Origin: Acidobacteriota bacterium
GTDB lineage: Bacteria > Acidobacteriota > Terriglobia > 2-12-FULL-54-10
Length of the DNA stretch: 64,000 nucleotides
Direction: 5' to 3'
NCBI GenBank assembly: GCA_016191085.1
Contig: JACPPJ010000013.1
Location: 9,415 to 73,414 of the forward strand
The position numbers and the translations under genes were made by a program. A model generated the notes under the pieces. The model did no database searches and was not told the origin of the DNA. It saw only the letters and a program-made list of their open reading frames with translations. Below, piece after piece: positions 1 to 10,434 of this stretch (its first letter is position 1; each line of letters begins with the position of its first letter).

Positions 1-690
1 ACCCTGCGCGGGACGCAACGCCTCGCCATTTTGGCCGTATGCCACCAGAACGTCTTCCATGGCCTTCTCCAGCGGAATGCTCTTCGTCTGCTTACCCGTC
101 TCCGCCCCTTCCGCTACCAGCCAACTCGCCTCTTTTTGCACGCCAGCTTCCTTGAGCAACACGGACAGCGGCACCCCGGTCCATTCGCTGCAACTGGTCC
201 GCCCGTGCGTTTCCTGGACTGTCTCCGCCTTCCGGTCTTCCAACCACAGGTAGCTGTTTGAGGCGCACTCGAGGAAATGAATCCGCGATACGGATGGCAA
301 GCGTTTCAGTTCCTCCAGGGCGAACATCAGAGGGCGGTCCACCAGGCCGTGGATCAGGAGACGATGCTGCCGGATGTCGATGTCCGGGAGGGCGGAACCC
401 TGGCCAGTGCCCGTTATGAAATGGAGCGCGGAGGGCGTGATGATACCGACCAAATCCTGAAGCGGAGTCCACCTAGATCCAGGACCGGAGTCACCAGGGC
501 GGGGCGTGCGTACCGAGTTTTCGAAACGGGAACGCTCGCCGTAGGCGAAGGAGTCTCGGGGACGCACTTCGGGCGTGATGGAAGCGAGGGTGGTCTGGCC
601 GCTAGTGGACCGTATCCCTCCCACCGCCAAACCGGCCAGCGCGGCACCGCGTTTCAAGAATCGCCTGCGACCATGTTCCATGGCATTCAT
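1..690 (-). CDS. Molybdopterin-dependent oxidoreductase, sulfite-oxidase family (N-terminal 230 codons; gene continues beyond the left edge)
   Basis: Not in the ORF track because there is no stop inside the window. Own minus-strand translation from ATG (688-690): MNAMEHGRRRFLKRGAALAGLAVGG... is a twin-arginine signal. It continues ...TPSALHFITG..., ...IHFLECASNSY... (Cys in the Mo-ligand context) and ...LVAYGQNGEALRPAQG. The frame is open for exactly 230 codons to position 1. Confidence 0.75.
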   Translation of the reverse strand, partial: MNAMEHGRRRFLKRGAALAGLAVGGIRSTSGQTTLASITPEVRPRDSFAYGERSRFENSVRTPRPGDSGPGSRWTPLQDLVGIITPSALHFITGTGQGSALPDIDIRQHRLLIHGLVDRPLMFALEELKRLPSVSRIHFLECASNSYLWLEDRKAETVQETHGRTSCSEWTGVPLSVLLKEAGVQKEASWLVAEGAETGKQTKSIPLEKAMEDVLVAYGQNGEALRPAQG

Positions 691-825
691 GCATCTCCCC
701 CTGCGACATTCACGATATATAAAGACCTGGTAGGTATCTGGTAGGTATAAGGTAAAGAGACGATCAATGTCAAGGGAAAAAGCCGCCATTCTTGGTAGTA
801 AACGTACTTGACGCCCGCAGCGCCG

Positions 826-2325
826 TCATGTATCGCTGCGGCGTGCAGTGGCAGCTCGCCACAGCAGAGGAGAGACCAGTACCAGCAGTGTAATTGCCAG
901 AATGGCTGCCGAAATGGGTCGCCGGACGAAAACAGTCAGGTCTCCTTGGCTGATAGCCAGCGCCCGACGAAACTGCGTTTCTGCAATCGGGCCCAGGATC
1001 ATCCCGATGATGACTGGCGCAACGGGCATATCGTAGCGCCGCATCAGGAAGCCAAGCAGGCCGATGATATAGAGCAGAGCCAAGTCGAACCATGAGTTGC
1101 GTAGCCCGTATGCCCCAAGAGTCGCGAAAATGAGGATTCCGGCATAAAGAAGCGGCCGGGGGATTGAAAGCAATCTGACCCAAATCCCCACGAGTGGCAG
1201 GTTCAGGATCAGCAAAAAGACGTTCCCAATATACATGCTGGCGATCAGTCCCCAGACCAGGTTCGGCTCGTTCTCGAACAGCAGCGGACCTGGCTGTAGT
1301 CCGTAGCGCTGAAATGCTGCGAGAATAATCGCGGCCGTCGCGGTTGTTGGCAAGCCGAGCGTGAGCAGTGGGACGAGAGTTCCGGCGCTCGACGCGTTAT
1401 TCGCCGCTTCAGGGCCGGCGACGCCTTCTATCGCTCCATTTCCAAACTCCTCGGGATATTTCGTCAACTTCTTCTCAATCGCATAGGAAAGGAAGGTAGG
1501 GATTTCAGCGCCACCGGCGGGCAGAGCGCCTAAAGGAAACCCGAGCAGGGTTCCGCGGAGCCACGGTTTCCACGAGCGCGCCCAGTCAGAGGCAGCCATC
1601 CAAACCGAGCTTCTGACCCGCTCGCTACGGGCAGGTGGTTGCCGGTTCAAATACGTCGCCACATACAAAGTCTCACCGACCGCAAAGAGTCCCACAGCAG
1701 CAATGACAACGTCTATGCCGTCCAACAGTTCGTCGATTCCCATCGTGAACCGTGCCTGTCCGGTCTGGGAGTCGAGGCCGATAAGTCCCAAGAACAAGCC
1801 TATGAAAAGGCTCGCGAGGCCGCGCGTGAGCGAAGAGCCCAGCACGGCCGAGACGGTGCTAAACGCGAGCACCATCACGGCAAAGTATTCCGCAGGCCCG
1901 AACATTAGAGCCACAGCCACCAGCAGTGGAGCGGTGAGCGTAAGCAAAGCAGTCGCCAAAGTGCCGGCAACAAACGACCCGATAGCCGAGGTCGCCAGAG
2001 CCGGCCCAGCCTGCCCGCGCTGGGCCATCTTGTATCCTTCTATGGCGGTGACGATGCTTGCAGATTCGCCCGGGGTGTTGAGAAGAATCGAGGTTGTCGA
2101 GCCGCCAAACATCGCTCCGTAATAGATTCCGGCGAACATGATCAGCGCACCTGCGGGTTCAACGTTGGCAGTGGCGGGCAGCAGGAGCGAGATGGTCAGT
2201 GCCGGCCCAACGCCGGGGAGAACGCCTACCGCGGTTCCCAGCGTCACTCCAAGGAATCCCCACATCAAATTTTTCAACGTCAGCGCGACCGCGAAACCGG
2301 AGAGCAGCGAATCGAGGGAATCCAC
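826..2325 (-). CDS. tctA: Tripartite tricarboxylate transporter, large permease TctA
   Basis: 499-aa polytopic protein. The N-terminus [44 protein letters not shown] is typical of TctA. It follows tctB and tctC in the same operon. Confidence 0.9.
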   Translation of the reverse strand: MDSLDSLLSGFAVALTLKNLMWGFLGVTLGTAVGVLPGVGPALTISLLLPATANVEPAGALIMFAGIYYGAMFGGSTTSILLNTPGESASIVTAIEGYKMAQRGQAGPALATSAIGSFVAGTLATALLTLTAPLLVAVALMFGPAEYFAVMVLAFSTVSAVLGSSLTRGLASLFIGLFLGLIGLDSQTGQARFTMGIDELLDGIDVVIAAVGLFAVGETLYVATYLNRQPPARSERVRSSVWMAASDWARSWKPWLRGTLLGFPLGALPAGGAEIPTFLSYAIEKKLTKYPEEFGNGAIEGVAGPEAANNASSAGTLVPLLTLGLPTTATAAIILAAFQRYGLQPGPLLFENEPNLVWGLIASMYIGNVFLLILNLPLVGIWVRLLSIPRPLLYAGILIFATLGAYGLRNSWFDLALLYIIGLLGFLMRRYDMPVAPVIIGMILGPIAETQFRRALAISQGDLTVFVRRPISAAILAITLLVLVSPLLWRAATARRSDT

Positions 2326-2846
2326 TAGAAAGCTCCCAGCGGACCGTTGGGTAGTTCCAATCCCAAGGCATAACTAAAGATGAAATAAACGACGGATACG
2401 AGGACCGCTGCAATCCCCAAGTCAACTACAGGACGGCGGCTGCCAAACGCGCGCGCCACCAGTGTGAACAATAAGATTCCGGAGATAATAAAGCCGGCCA
2501 TTCCGATCAGCGCCATGTGCAGCAATACCGCTATTGTGATCATTCCCGCGGCTTGGAAGTCGGGAGCATTAGTAGCGTCACGATCGAGCGGCACATTGTG
2601 CCAGCCCTTTGGTAGGGCCTGCGCCGCCAGGACAGATCCGAGAAGGATCAGACCGTTACCAACGATATGCGGAAAGAGGCGTGGTCCAACATGAGAGTAG
2701 TTCTGTGTCTCGGAGATGGACTGCGTGTCAATCAGAACATACGCACCCAGAGCAACCAATCCGAGAGAGATGAACATCTCGCCTGGGTGAGGAAATCGGA
2801 GCCTCATGTTTGTCTTCCTGGAAGCGTAACCATGGCGGCTAGTCAT
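2325..2846 (-). CDS. tctB: Tripartite tricarboxylate transporter, small subunit TctB
   Basis: 173-aa protein with about 4 TM helices between tctC and tctA. Start and stop overlap the neighbouring genes, suggesting translational coupling. Confidence 0.7.
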   Translation of the reverse strand: MTSRHGYASRKTNMRLRFPHPGEMFISLGLVALGAYVLIDTQSISETQNYSHVGPRLFPHIVGNGLILLGSVLAAQALPKGWHNVPLDRDATNAPDFQAAGMITIAVLLHMALIGMAGFIISGILLFTLVARAFGSRRPVVDLGIAAVLVSVVYFIFSYALGLELPNGPLGAF

Positions 2847-3832
2847 TTAGCGAGACCGGCGCGCTCCATGATTTTGGCGATCCGGATTTGCTCGGCATCG
2901 AGGAATTTCTTGAACTCGTCTCCTGGTAAGAACTGATCGCTCCAATCGTTACGCCGAAGTGTCTCCCGCCATGACGGAGTCTTTACCGTCGCTTGCAGAA
3001 GATCAATCAGGACTCTCTTCTGGGCGTCGGAAATCCCCGGAGCGCCAAAGACTGCCCTCCAGTTGGCAAGGTCCAAGTCGATTCCCTGCTCTTTCAATGT
3101 TGGGATATTGATTCCAGAGAGACGCTTCGGAGACGAGACCGCGAGCGCGCGCAGCTTGCCAGCCTGTATCTGGCCGGCGAACTCGGCATATCCGCTCAGC
3201 CCCACTGTGACGTGGCCACCTAGAATCGATGCCAGTGCCTCGCCGCCGCCGGAGTGTGCAATGTAGTTGACCTTTGTCGGGTCTACGCCTACAGACTGGG
3301 CGAGCATGGCCGCCAGGATCTGCTCAGGGGAGCCAGCCGACCCGCCTCCCCACGAGACGCTTCCGGGACTTGCCTTCAACCGAGCGACCAAATCTCTTAA
3401 AGATCGGATCGGAGAGTTAGCATGAACCGCCAGCACCTCATACTCGCCGACTAAACGCGCAAGCGGGGTCACCTGCGAAAGACTCACCGCCGACTTGTTC
3501 ATATGGATGGCGCCCATCATTGCCATGCCACTGACCAACAAAGCGTTCGTGTTGCCCTTCTGCGATGTCACAAACTGCGCGAGCCCAATGGTTCCCCCGG
3601 CGCCTGCTCTGTTATCAACTGTTACCCTGCTGGCCAGTTTTTCAGTTTGCAGAGACTGTTGTAACGCGCGTCCGAGTTGATCCCAGCCCCCGCCCGGGGC
3701 AGCCGGAACAAAGATTTTCAGGGTTGCGCGCGGCTGGCAAAGACCCGCGGCGGTGTAAAAAAGCGTCAACCCGGTTAGCGCCAAGGCACGCCAGATGTAT
3801 GGGAACCGAGAATTTCTTGCGTCAGGTTGCAT
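2843..3832 (-). CDS. tctC: Tripartite tricarboxylate (Bug/TctC family) periplasmic substrate-binding protein
   Basis: Bug-family core: KIFVPAAPGGGWDQLGRALQQSL...VDNRAGAGGTIGLAQFV. I place the start at ATG 3832 (MQPDARNSRFPYIWRALALTGLTLFYTAAGL, a signal peptide, with AGGA 7 nt upstream). The frame stays open upstream to a GTG at 4222 (see finding). Confidence 0.75.
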   Translation of the reverse strand: MQPDARNSRFPYIWRALALTGLTLFYTAAGLCQPRATLKIFVPAAPGGGWDQLGRALQQSLQTEKLASRVTVDNRAGAGGTIGLAQFVTSQKGNTNALLVSGMAMMGAIHMNKSAVSLSQVTPLARLVGEYEVLAVHANSPIRSLRDLVARLKASPGSVSWGGGSAGSPEQILAAMLAQSVGVDPTKVNYIAHSGGGEALASILGGHVTVGLSGYAEFAGQIQAGKLRALAVSSPKRLSGINIPTLKEQGIDLDLANWRAVFGAPGISDAQKRVLIDLLQATVKTPSWRETLRRNDWSDQFLPGDEFKKFLDAEQIRIAKIMERAGLAK

Positions 3833-4428
3833 TCGGGTGTCCTGTGGTGCCGTCTCGGTAGTCCCGAGCTTCACTTGCTGAGAATCGAAAGCCAAACGCC
3901 AAATCAATACGCACAACACCGCGGAAGCCAAACCGAAACCGACTGCCAAAATTCTTAGCAACCGGCCTCGCAGCATTGCGGGTCGGTGGCTGATGACGGG
4001 AGTGTCACGAATCACGCGATGCCCCGGCGGTGGATGTGCTTCGCGCGCAGCACCTTTGGTGGCGAATGACCAGAGATAAACGGCAAACCCGAACAATGGT
4101 GCGCACAACGTAGCAGCGGCCAGCCAAAGCACCAGCTTCGCCCGATGGGCTACTTCTCCAGGCTCCGATAGAATCCAGTCCCGGAGTGGTGTGCGGTAGC
4201 GCTCGAAGGCGATGATGAGCACAGCCCTATGAGTGCGCCGAAAATGACGATCATCACGGCTCGCCGTCGTGCAGTCGCGTCAGCTTTCGGAACCTCGCTC
4301 ATTCTTACTGCCTCAATAAGGCGCCGTACGACTTTCGAATTGCATGGCGTTAAAGTTGTAGAGTACCTTCGCGGACGCGGCTCATTAAGGCTTTTCAGTA
4401 TCGCATGCAGTAAGGCGCGGCGGAACGT

Positions 4429-5580
4429 CTACTCGCTTTGCTCGGGGAAGATGTGGATGAAGGCCTTAGGGAGCGTTGCCGTCCAATCTTTCCGCGTGGC
4501 GAGCCCCAGTTTATTGTATGCCGCGCGGCTGATTTCCGTCTCGATTTGCGAGGGAGTCCCGCTGCCGTTGCTACTGCCCGCTTCACCGTGCACTCGCAGC
4601 AGGAGCCGGATGGTGCTGGGCGTGGGTATCTCTTCGACGATGCTGACTGGAATTTGGTTGTCGCGAGCACGGTCATTTGCAGCGGCAGCACTCAGGGCCA
4701 CGTGCTCGCTCGAAATACAGAACCACACTTTGTCGCCACGAAGGCGACCAGGAAGATACGGCCCCTTCACAGGGAAGGTGCTAGTGCGTATAACAGACGT
4801 ATCGGACATGGGGTCGAGCTCTTCCACAGTCCCGGAAAAAACGTTCGTGATTCCCAGCAGGCGAGCCACGGCGGCGTTTCGCGGGTGGAGAAATACCTCA
4901 TCTGGCGTGCCGGTCTGCACGATGCGTCCGGCGCGGTAGACCGCTATGCGATCCGCCAGCACGAAACCCTCGGTCACGTCATGCGTGACCAGGAGAATTG
5001 GAATCTTGTAACTCTGGCGGATGTTGCGTACAACGGCATAGAAGTCGTGCCGCAGTTGGTAATCGAGACCTCTCACCGGCTCATCGAGCAGCAGCAGTTT
5101 GGGCTGGCGAATGAGAGCCCGTGCAATCGAAGCGCGCTGTTTTTCTCCACCCGAAAGATCTCGCGGCATCCGCGCGGCATGAGCAGTCAGCCCGAACAGG
5201 TCGAGCATCTCACGGATGCGCCGATGCCGCTCTAATGCGGGCGTATGCGCTATACCAAACGCGAGGTTCTGTTCGACGGTCATGTGCGGAAACAGGGCGT
5301 AATTTTGGAACACATACCCGATTCCGCGCCGCTGGGGAGGCATGAACACGCTGCTCTGCGAATCGAAAAGGATGCGGTCATGGAGCAGAATGCGGCCGCC
5401 ATCGGGCGCCAGAAAGCCAGCCAGCGAATCGAGCGTGAGTGTCTTGCCCGCGCCGCTCGCGCCGAATAGCACCGTGATCCCGGCGTCGCACTCCAGGCAC
5501 ACGTCTAGCTGAAAGCCGGGAGCTTCCTCCCCGCGTCGAAATGCCTTTTGAATGTTGCATTCGAGCTGGGCCATATACAA
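4429..5580 (-). CDS. modC: Molybdate ABC transporter ATP-binding protein ModC
   Basis: Walker A GASGAGKT, ABC signature LSGGEKQRASIARAL, Walker B LLLLDEP, plus a C-terminal TOBE/Mop-like extension. Lies downstream of modA and modB. Confidence 0.85.
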   Translation of the reverse strand: MYMAQLECNIQKAFRRGEEAPGFQLDVCLECDAGITVLFGASGAGKTLTLDSLAGFLAPDGGRILLHDRILFDSQSSVFMPPQRRGIGYVFQNYALFPHMTVEQNLAFGIAHTPALERHRRIREMLDLFGLTAHAARMPRDLSGGEKQRASIARALIRQPKLLLLDEPVRGLDYQLRHDFYAVVRNIRQSYKIPILLVTHDVTEGFVLADRIAVYRAGRIVQTGTPDEVFLHPRNAAVARLLGITNVFSGTVEELDPMSDTSVIRTSTFPVKGPYLPGRLRGDKVWFCISSEHVALSAAAANDRARDNQIPVSIVEEIPTPSTIRLLLRVHGEAGSSNGSGTPSQIETEISRAAYNKLGLATRKDWTATLPKAFIHIFPEQSE

Positions 5581-5582
5581 CC

Positions 5583-5629
5583 AGTGACGAGTGATAAGTG
5601 ATGAGTGACGAGCAAATCAGTTGTCACTG
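5583..5629. repeat. Tandem heptamer array (AGTGAYR x4) with a downstream inverted partial copy
   Basis: The modC-modB intergenic reads agtgacg agtgata agtgatg agtgacg, then ...gtcactggtcac, which can pair back onto the array. Confidence 0.7.
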
Positions 5630-5635
5630 GTCACA

Positions 5636-6307
5636 TCAAAACAGCCGGTCGCCTTCCAGGCGGTTCATGCCATATAGGATTGCAATAGCTACCGCGGAGA
5701 TGACCAGCACCATAGCGTTAGCCAACAGCGTGTTGCCGGATTCCACCGCGTCGTAAATGGCAACGGCCATGGTCTGAGTCTTTCCCGGAATATTCCCGGC
5801 AATCATGATGGTCACGCCAAAATCCCCGAGCGCCCGCGCGAAGGCGAATATGGTTGCCGCCATGATCGAGCGGCGGGCCAGCGGCAGCGTGACCCGAAAG
5901 AAGATACGCCACTCCGAGGCGCCTAACGTTCGCGCGGCATTCTCCATATTGCGGTCCACGCTTTCGAATGCCGCCCGCGCCGATTTTACTAAGAGCGGAA
6001 CGCTGTGAATAGTCGCTGCAACCACTGCCGCCTGCCATGTGAAGACGAGCGGAAAACCGAAAACAGCTTCAAAGGCACGGCCCAAAGGCGTGCTGCGTCC
6101 CAAGAGTACGAGAAGATAGTAGCCCAGCACCGTAGGTGGAAGCACTACGGGCAGCGTAACGACGGCATCGAGTATATTGCGTCCACGGAAGCGGCGTCGC
6201 GCCAGAACATACGCCAGGAGCAGTCCCCCCGCAAGCGAAATCGCCGTTGCGATTACCGCTACTTTCAGCGACAGCCACAGTGGGAACCAGTCAATCTGAC
6301 GCAGCAT
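5636..6307 (-). CDS. modB: Molybdate ABC transporter permease ModB
   Basis: 223-aa permease with about 5 TM helices and an EAA-like loop (ENAARTLGASEWRIFFRVTLPLA), between modA and modC. Confidence 0.9.
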   Translation of the reverse strand: MLRQIDWFPLWLSLKVAVIATAISLAGGLLLAYVLARRRFRGRNILDAVVTLPVVLPPTVLGYYLLVLLGRSTPLGRAFEAVFGFPLVFTWQAAVVAATIHSVPLLVKSARAAFESVDRNMENAARTLGASEWRIFFRVTLPLARRSIMAATIFAFARALGDFGVTIMIAGNIPGKTQTMAVAIYDAVESGNTLLANAMVLVISAVAIAILYGMNRLEGDRLF

Positions 6308-6313
6308 AGCGAA

Positions 6314-7120
6314 CTATTTCTCCTGATTCGAGGAGCTATACTCCATAAAACCGTATTCTCTAAGAATGCTCTGCGCTTCCGGAGTGAGAAGGAAGTCCAC
6401 AAAAGCCCTGGCCGTCTGCTTGTTCTGAGACCCTTTCAGCACCACTGCGGCCTGTTCGATTGGTTCATGCAGCGTAGGGTCCACGGGCAGGATAAACCCA
6501 TCGCTCTTATGGGCCAAGGCTATGGCGATGAGGGCAGCTTCGACATTGCCCGTCTGCGCCAATTGTAGAGTTTGTAAGACGTTTTCTCCAAAAACCATCT
6601 TCGGTTGCAGCGCTGGCCACAGCCCGGTTCTTTCGAAGGTCTGTTGCGCGGCCGCTCCATAAGGCGCGTGGCTTGGATTTGCAATGGCAATGCGTTCTAT
6701 GCGGGAATCTTTCAATTCGTCCAGTTTCTGAAGCTCGATCTTTTTTGACCACACGACCAAGCGGCCAAGGGCATACGGCTTCTCCGGCCCGTCTGTCAGG
6801 CCGTCACGCTCCAGCGCCTTGCAAAAAGAGCGCGCAGCCGGAGCATACAGATCGTATGGTGCGCCGTGGCGAATCTGTTGTTCGAGCTGCCCCGACGAAC
6901 CGAATACAAAAGTGACACGCCTCCCGCTGGATCGCTGGAACTCAGTTGCTAACGGCCGGCTGACTTTGGCCAGGTCGGACGCGGCGGCGACTAGCACTGC
7001 TGCCGTGCCACTATTCCTCCCTGAGCCGCATCCGCTCAAGCATGTTGTCAAAAGAAGTAAGCAAGACAGTGTGAATCGGCAGGTCGAACGACAACTCATG
7101 CGATGCCTCAGACTTAGCAT
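6314..7120 (-). CDS. modA: Molybdate-binding periplasmic protein ModA
   Basis: 268 aa. Lipoprotein-like signal (LLLLTTCLSGCGSG), then the ModA-type fold signature VLVAAASDL...VTFVFGSSGQLEQQI...DLYAPA. Confidence 0.85.
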   Translation of the reverse strand: MLSLRHRMSCRSTCRFTLSCLLLLTTCLSGCGSGRNSGTAAVLVAAASDLAKVSRPLATEFQRSSGRRVTFVFGSSGQLEQQIRHGAPYDLYAPAARSFCKALERDGLTDGPEKPYALGRLVVWSKKIELQKLDELKDSRIERIAIANPSHAPYGAAAQQTFERTGLWPALQPKMVFGENVLQTLQLAQTGNVEAALIAIALAHKSDGFILPVDPTLHEPIEQAAVVLKGSQNKQTARAFVDFLLTPEAQSILREYGFMEYSSSNQEK

Positions 7121-7157
7121 TGAATCGTTGACCCACCCAAGCGCATCTAATAAAATA

Positions 7158-7176
7158 TTGACAACGCTATACTCAA
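7158..7176. promoter_or_regulatory. HAIR-like inverted repeat (candidate HspR operator)
   Basis: TTGACA-acgctat-ACTCAA has the N7 spacing of the HspR-associated inverted repeat (CTTGAGT-N7-ACTCAAG), with two mismatches in the left arm. It overlaps the -35 box, and hspR is the last gene of this operon. Confidence 0.45.
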
Positions 7177-7186
7177 CTCTTATATT
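7158..7186 (+). promoter_or_regulatory. Sigma-70-type promoter of the dnaK operon
   Basis: TTGACA (7158-7163), a 17-nt spacer, then TATATT (7181-7186), about 80 nt upstream of the dnaK ATG. Confidence 0.6.
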
Positions 7187-7267
7187 ATTAATTGACTAAA
7201 GGTTTGCCTCAGGCACCCCTTTTCAGTCAGGAGAGGTAAGCTCTCCGGAGAATCAGGAGGTTTTGAA

Positions 7268-9226
7268 ATGGCTAAGGTTATCGGCATAGACCTCGGCACA
7301 ACCAACTCGGCAGTAGCGGTGATGGAGGGTGGCGAGCCCACCGTAATCGCGAACGCCGAGGGCACGCGAACGACGCCGTCGGTGGTGGCGTTCGCAAAGA
7401 ACGGAGAACGTCTAGTGGGGCAGGTCGCAAAGCGCCAAGCCATCACGAACCCCGAGAATACCATATATTCCATCAAGCGCTTCATGGGTCGCCGCTATGA
7501 AGAGGTGAGCGAAGAGATGAAGCTGGTCCCCTATAAAGTGGCTCAGGTGCCCAACGGGGACGTACGTATTGTGGTGGAGGGCGGAAAGCAGCAGCTTTCA
7601 CCGCCGGAGATCTCCGCCATGATTTTGCAGAAGATGAAGCAGTCGGCGGACGACTATCTAGGCGAAAAGGTCACTCAAGCAGTCATCACCGTACCGGCGT
7701 ATTTTAATGACAGCCAGCGGCAGGCCACCAAAGATGCGGGACGCATCGCAGGTTTGGAAGTGCTGCGTATTGTTAACGAACCCACGGCCGCGGCTCTAGC
7801 GTATGGCTTGGATAAGAAGAAGGACGAGACCATCGCCGTATACGACTTCGGCGGCGGCACGTTTGATATTTCCATTCTGGAAGTGGGCGAGGGCGTCGTG
7901 GAGGTGAAGTCCACCAACGGCGACACTCACCTAGGCGGCGACAATATTGACCAGCGGATCGTCGACTGGCTGATTGAAGAGTTCAAGAAGGATGAAAGTC
8001 TCGACCTGCGCGCCAAAGGCAATGAAATGGCTCTGCAGCGGCTGAAGGACGCGGCGGAAAAAGCCAAGATGGAACTTTCTACCGTAATGGAGACGGAGAT
8101 CAACCTCCCCTTCATTACAGCCGATGCGACCGGTCCCAAGCACTTGGTGAAGCGCCTCTCCCGCGCCAAGCTGGAAGCCATGGTGGAAGACCTAATTCAG
8201 CGCTCCGTCGGCCCATGCAAGAAGGCCATACAGGACGCGGGCGTTACCGCTTCGCAGATTGACGAAGTGGTTCTGGTGGGCGGCCAGACCCGTATGCCCC
8301 GCATACAGGCTCTCGTGAAAGAGCTGTTCGGGAAAGAACCCCATAAGGGAGTGAACCCGGATGAAGTCGTGGCAGTCGGCGCAGCGATCCAGGCAGGCGT
8401 CTTGACCGGCGAAGTGAAAGACCTGCTGCTGCTCGACGTGACTCCTCTGACGCTCGGCATCGAGACGCTCGGCGGCGTCATGACCCCGTTGATCGAGCGC
8501 AATACGACCATCCCGACCCGCAAGAGCGAGACCTTCTCGACGGCGGCCGACAACCAGACCTCCGTAGAGATCCACGTTCTGCAGGGCGAGCGCAGCATGG
8601 CTCGGGACAACCGCACGCTCGGCAAGTTCCAGCTCGTTGGCATACCGCCGGCTCCCCGTGGCATTCCGCAGATCGAGGTCACCTTTGATATTGACGCCAA
8701 CGGCATCGTGCACGTGACGGCGAAAGACCTGGGCACCGGCAAACAGCAGAACATCACCATCACTTCCTCCAGTGGTCTGAGCAAAGAGGAAATCGACCGC
8801 ATGCAAAAGGAGGCCTCTTCCCATTCCGATGAAGACAAGAAGCGCCGTGAAGAAGTGGAGGCCCGGAACAAAGCCGACCAGATGGTCTACAGCTCTGAGA
8901 AGCTCTTGAAGGAGAATCGCGACAAGGTGTCCGACGACGACGCGCAGAAGATCGAGTCCGCGCTGGAACGGGCGAAGCAGGCTTTGAACAAGGGCAACAC
9001 GGACGAGATCAACGCCGCCGTGGACGACCTGACCAAAGCCACCCACAAGCTTGCCGAAGCCATGTACCAGCAGGCCAGCGCGCAATCCGGCGCAGGCGCT
9101 CAAGCCGGTGGTCAGCAGAGCAGCCCTGGCGCGAGCCAGAATGGTCACGGCGCCAAGAAAGAGGGAGACGTTATCGACGCTGAATACGTAGACGTAGACG
9201 AAGAAAACAAGGGCAAGGGCCGGTAA
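7268..9226 (+). CDS. dnaK: Molecular chaperone DnaK (Hsp70)
   Basis: [22 protein letters not shown]..., [12 protein letters not shown] and [10 protein letters not shown] are full-length Hsp70 signatures. SD AGGAGG lies 7 nt upstream. Confidence 0.98.
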   Translation: MAKVIGIDLGTTNSAVAVMEGGEPTVIANAEGTRTTPSVVAFAKNGERLVGQVAKRQAITNPENTIYSIKRFMGRRYEEVSEEMKLVPYKVAQVPNGDVRIVVEGGKQQLSPPEISAMILQKMKQSADDYLGEKVTQAVITVPAYFNDSQRQATKDAGRIAGLEVLRIVNEPTAAALAYGLDKKKDETIAVYDFGGGTFDISILEVGEGVVEVKSTNGDTHLGGDNIDQRIVDWLIEEFKKDESLDLRAKGNEMALQRLKDAAEKAKMELSTVMETEINLPFITADATGPKHLVKRLSRAKLEAMVEDLIQRSVGPCKKAIQDAGVTASQIDEVVLVGGQTRMPRIQALVKELFGKEPHKGVNPDEVVAVGAAIQAGVLTGEVKDLLLLDVTPLTLGIETLGGVMTPLIERNTTIPTRKSETFSTAADNQTSVEIHVLQGERSMARDNRTLGKFQLVGIPPAPRGIPQIEVTFDIDANGIVHVTAKDLGTGKQQNITITSSSGLSKEEIDRMQKEASSHSDEDKKRREEVEARNKADQMVYSSEKLLKENRDKVSDDDAQKIESALERAKQALNKGNTDEINAAVDDLTKATHKLAEAMYQQASAQSGAGAQAGGQQSSPGASQNGHGAKKEGDVIDAEYVDVDEENKGKGR

Positions 9227-9273
9227 CTAGATGTCGGGTGTCGAGGTTGCTTGGCATCTGACACCTATTATTT

Positions 9274-10425
9274 ATGGCAGAAAACCACGATTTTTATGAG
9301 GTGCTCGGCGTCAATCGCAAGGCCAGCGCCGACGAGATCCGGAAAGCGTACAAGCGTCTCGCCCGCAAATATCACCCCGACGTAAATCCGGGAGATAAGA
9401 GCGCGGAGGAACGCTTCAAGCGGATATCGGAAGCATACGACGTACTGAGCGACCCCAAGAAGCGGCAGATGTACGACCGCCAAGGGTTCTATGGCGATGC
9501 TGCGCGCGCAGGGCAGGCCGGCGGTGGAGCGCGTTGGCAGCCCGTAGATTTCTCCGGCTTTGACTTCTCCGACTTTATGGGAGGAGAGGAGCAGGCATCG
9601 AGAGGAGGCGGAGGCTTCCGCGACATTTTTTCTCAAATGTTCGGAGGGCGAAGCGATGTCCGCGAAGATCAACCCACATCTGGCAGCGATCTGGAGTACC
9701 ACGTCAATATCGGGTTCTGGGAAGCCATCCGCGGAACCACCGTACGCCTGAACATCATGCACTACCGCGCCTGCGCCAATTGCAATGGCAAGGGTGTTAC
9801 GGGCGGGGAGATAACCTGTCCGGAATGCAAGGGCAGCGGAAACGTTTCCAAAGCCATGGCGAATATGCGTTTCAATGTGACCTGCCCGCGCTGCCACGGC
9901 CGGGGCAAGATTCAGAACCCGTGCCCCAGATGCGGAGGTGAAGGCCGCACCTCCGAGCCGGAACAGATCGAGGTTCGAATTCCGGCCGGTGTACAGGATG
10001 GCTTCCGTGTCCGTGTGGCAGCCAAGGGGAACGCCGGCACTCACGGTGGTCATCGCGGCGATCTGTACATCGTCACGAAAGTTTCGCCGCACCCCTTCTT
10101 TGAACGCAAAGGCGACGATATTCATACCACGATTCCAGTGACAATTACGGAAGCTGCCTTGGGTGCCAAAGTTGAGGTGCCGACCATCGACGGTAACCGC
10201 GCGCTACTGAAGATTCCTCCGGGGACGGCATCGGGGCAAAGATTCCGACTGCGAGAAAAAGGCGTCACATCCCTGAAGACCGGCCAGCGCGGCGATCAAT
10301 ACGTGGAAGTACGCGTGCATGTGCCTAGAGTTGCGGACGAGCGTTCAAAGGAACTCCTCCGGGAGTTGGCTCACCTGAACCCGGAGAACCCGCGGGCGGA
10401 AGTTTACAGGCAGGTCCAGGGTTAG
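9274..10425 (+). CDS. dnaJ: Co-chaperone DnaJ
   Basis: J-domain (DFYEVLGV...[16 protein letters not shown]), a G/F-rich linker and four CxxCxGxG zinc-finger repeats. Confidence 0.97.
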   Translation: MAENHDFYEVLGVNRKASADEIRKAYKRLARKYHPDVNPGDKSAEERFKRISEAYDVLSDPKKRQMYDRQGFYGDAARAGQAGGGARWQPVDFSGFDFSDFMGGEEQASRGGGGFRDIFSQMFGGRSDVREDQPTSGSDLEYHVNIGFWEAIRGTTVRLNIMHYRACANCNGKGVTGGEITCPECKGSGNVSKAMANMRFNVTCPRCHGRGKIQNPCPRCGGEGRTSEPEQIEVRIPAGVQDGFRVRVAAKGNAGTHGGHRGDLYIVTKVSPHPFFERKGDDIHTTIPVTITEAALGAKVEVPTIDGNRALLKIPPGTASGQRFRLREKGVTSLKTGQRGDQYVEVRVHVPRVADERSKELLRELAHLNPENPRAEVYRQVQG

Positions 10426-10434
10426 AGGAGACGA

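Noticed and set aside
92-744. Track ORFs 277-744(+), 92-472(-), 414-647(-) and 31-261(+) at the left edge
   Set aside because: Their translations are Arg/Gly/Pro-rich and motif-free. The same DNA read in the remaining minus frame gives a clean Tat-signal sulfite-oxidase-family protein that is open all the way to position 1.
1636-1660. tRNA-like T-arm string (ggttcaaat) and a general scan for tRNA/rRNA genes
   Set aside because: The string lies inside tctA coding sequence with no acceptor or anticodon arms around it. I saw no convincing tRNA, rRNA or tmRNA in any intergenic region.
7121-7267. Moco riboswitch upstream of modA
   Set aside because: The modA-dnaK divergent spacer is only ~147 nt and is largely occupied by the dnaK promoter and leader. 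I could not recognise the conserved Moco-motif helices.
8192-10125. Long antisense ORFs inside dnaK and dnaJ (8192-9148, 8197-8871, 9268-10125, minus strand)
   Set aside because: These are typical GC-rich shadow ORFs opposite unmistakable Hsp70/DnaJ coding sequence, with no motifs of their own.
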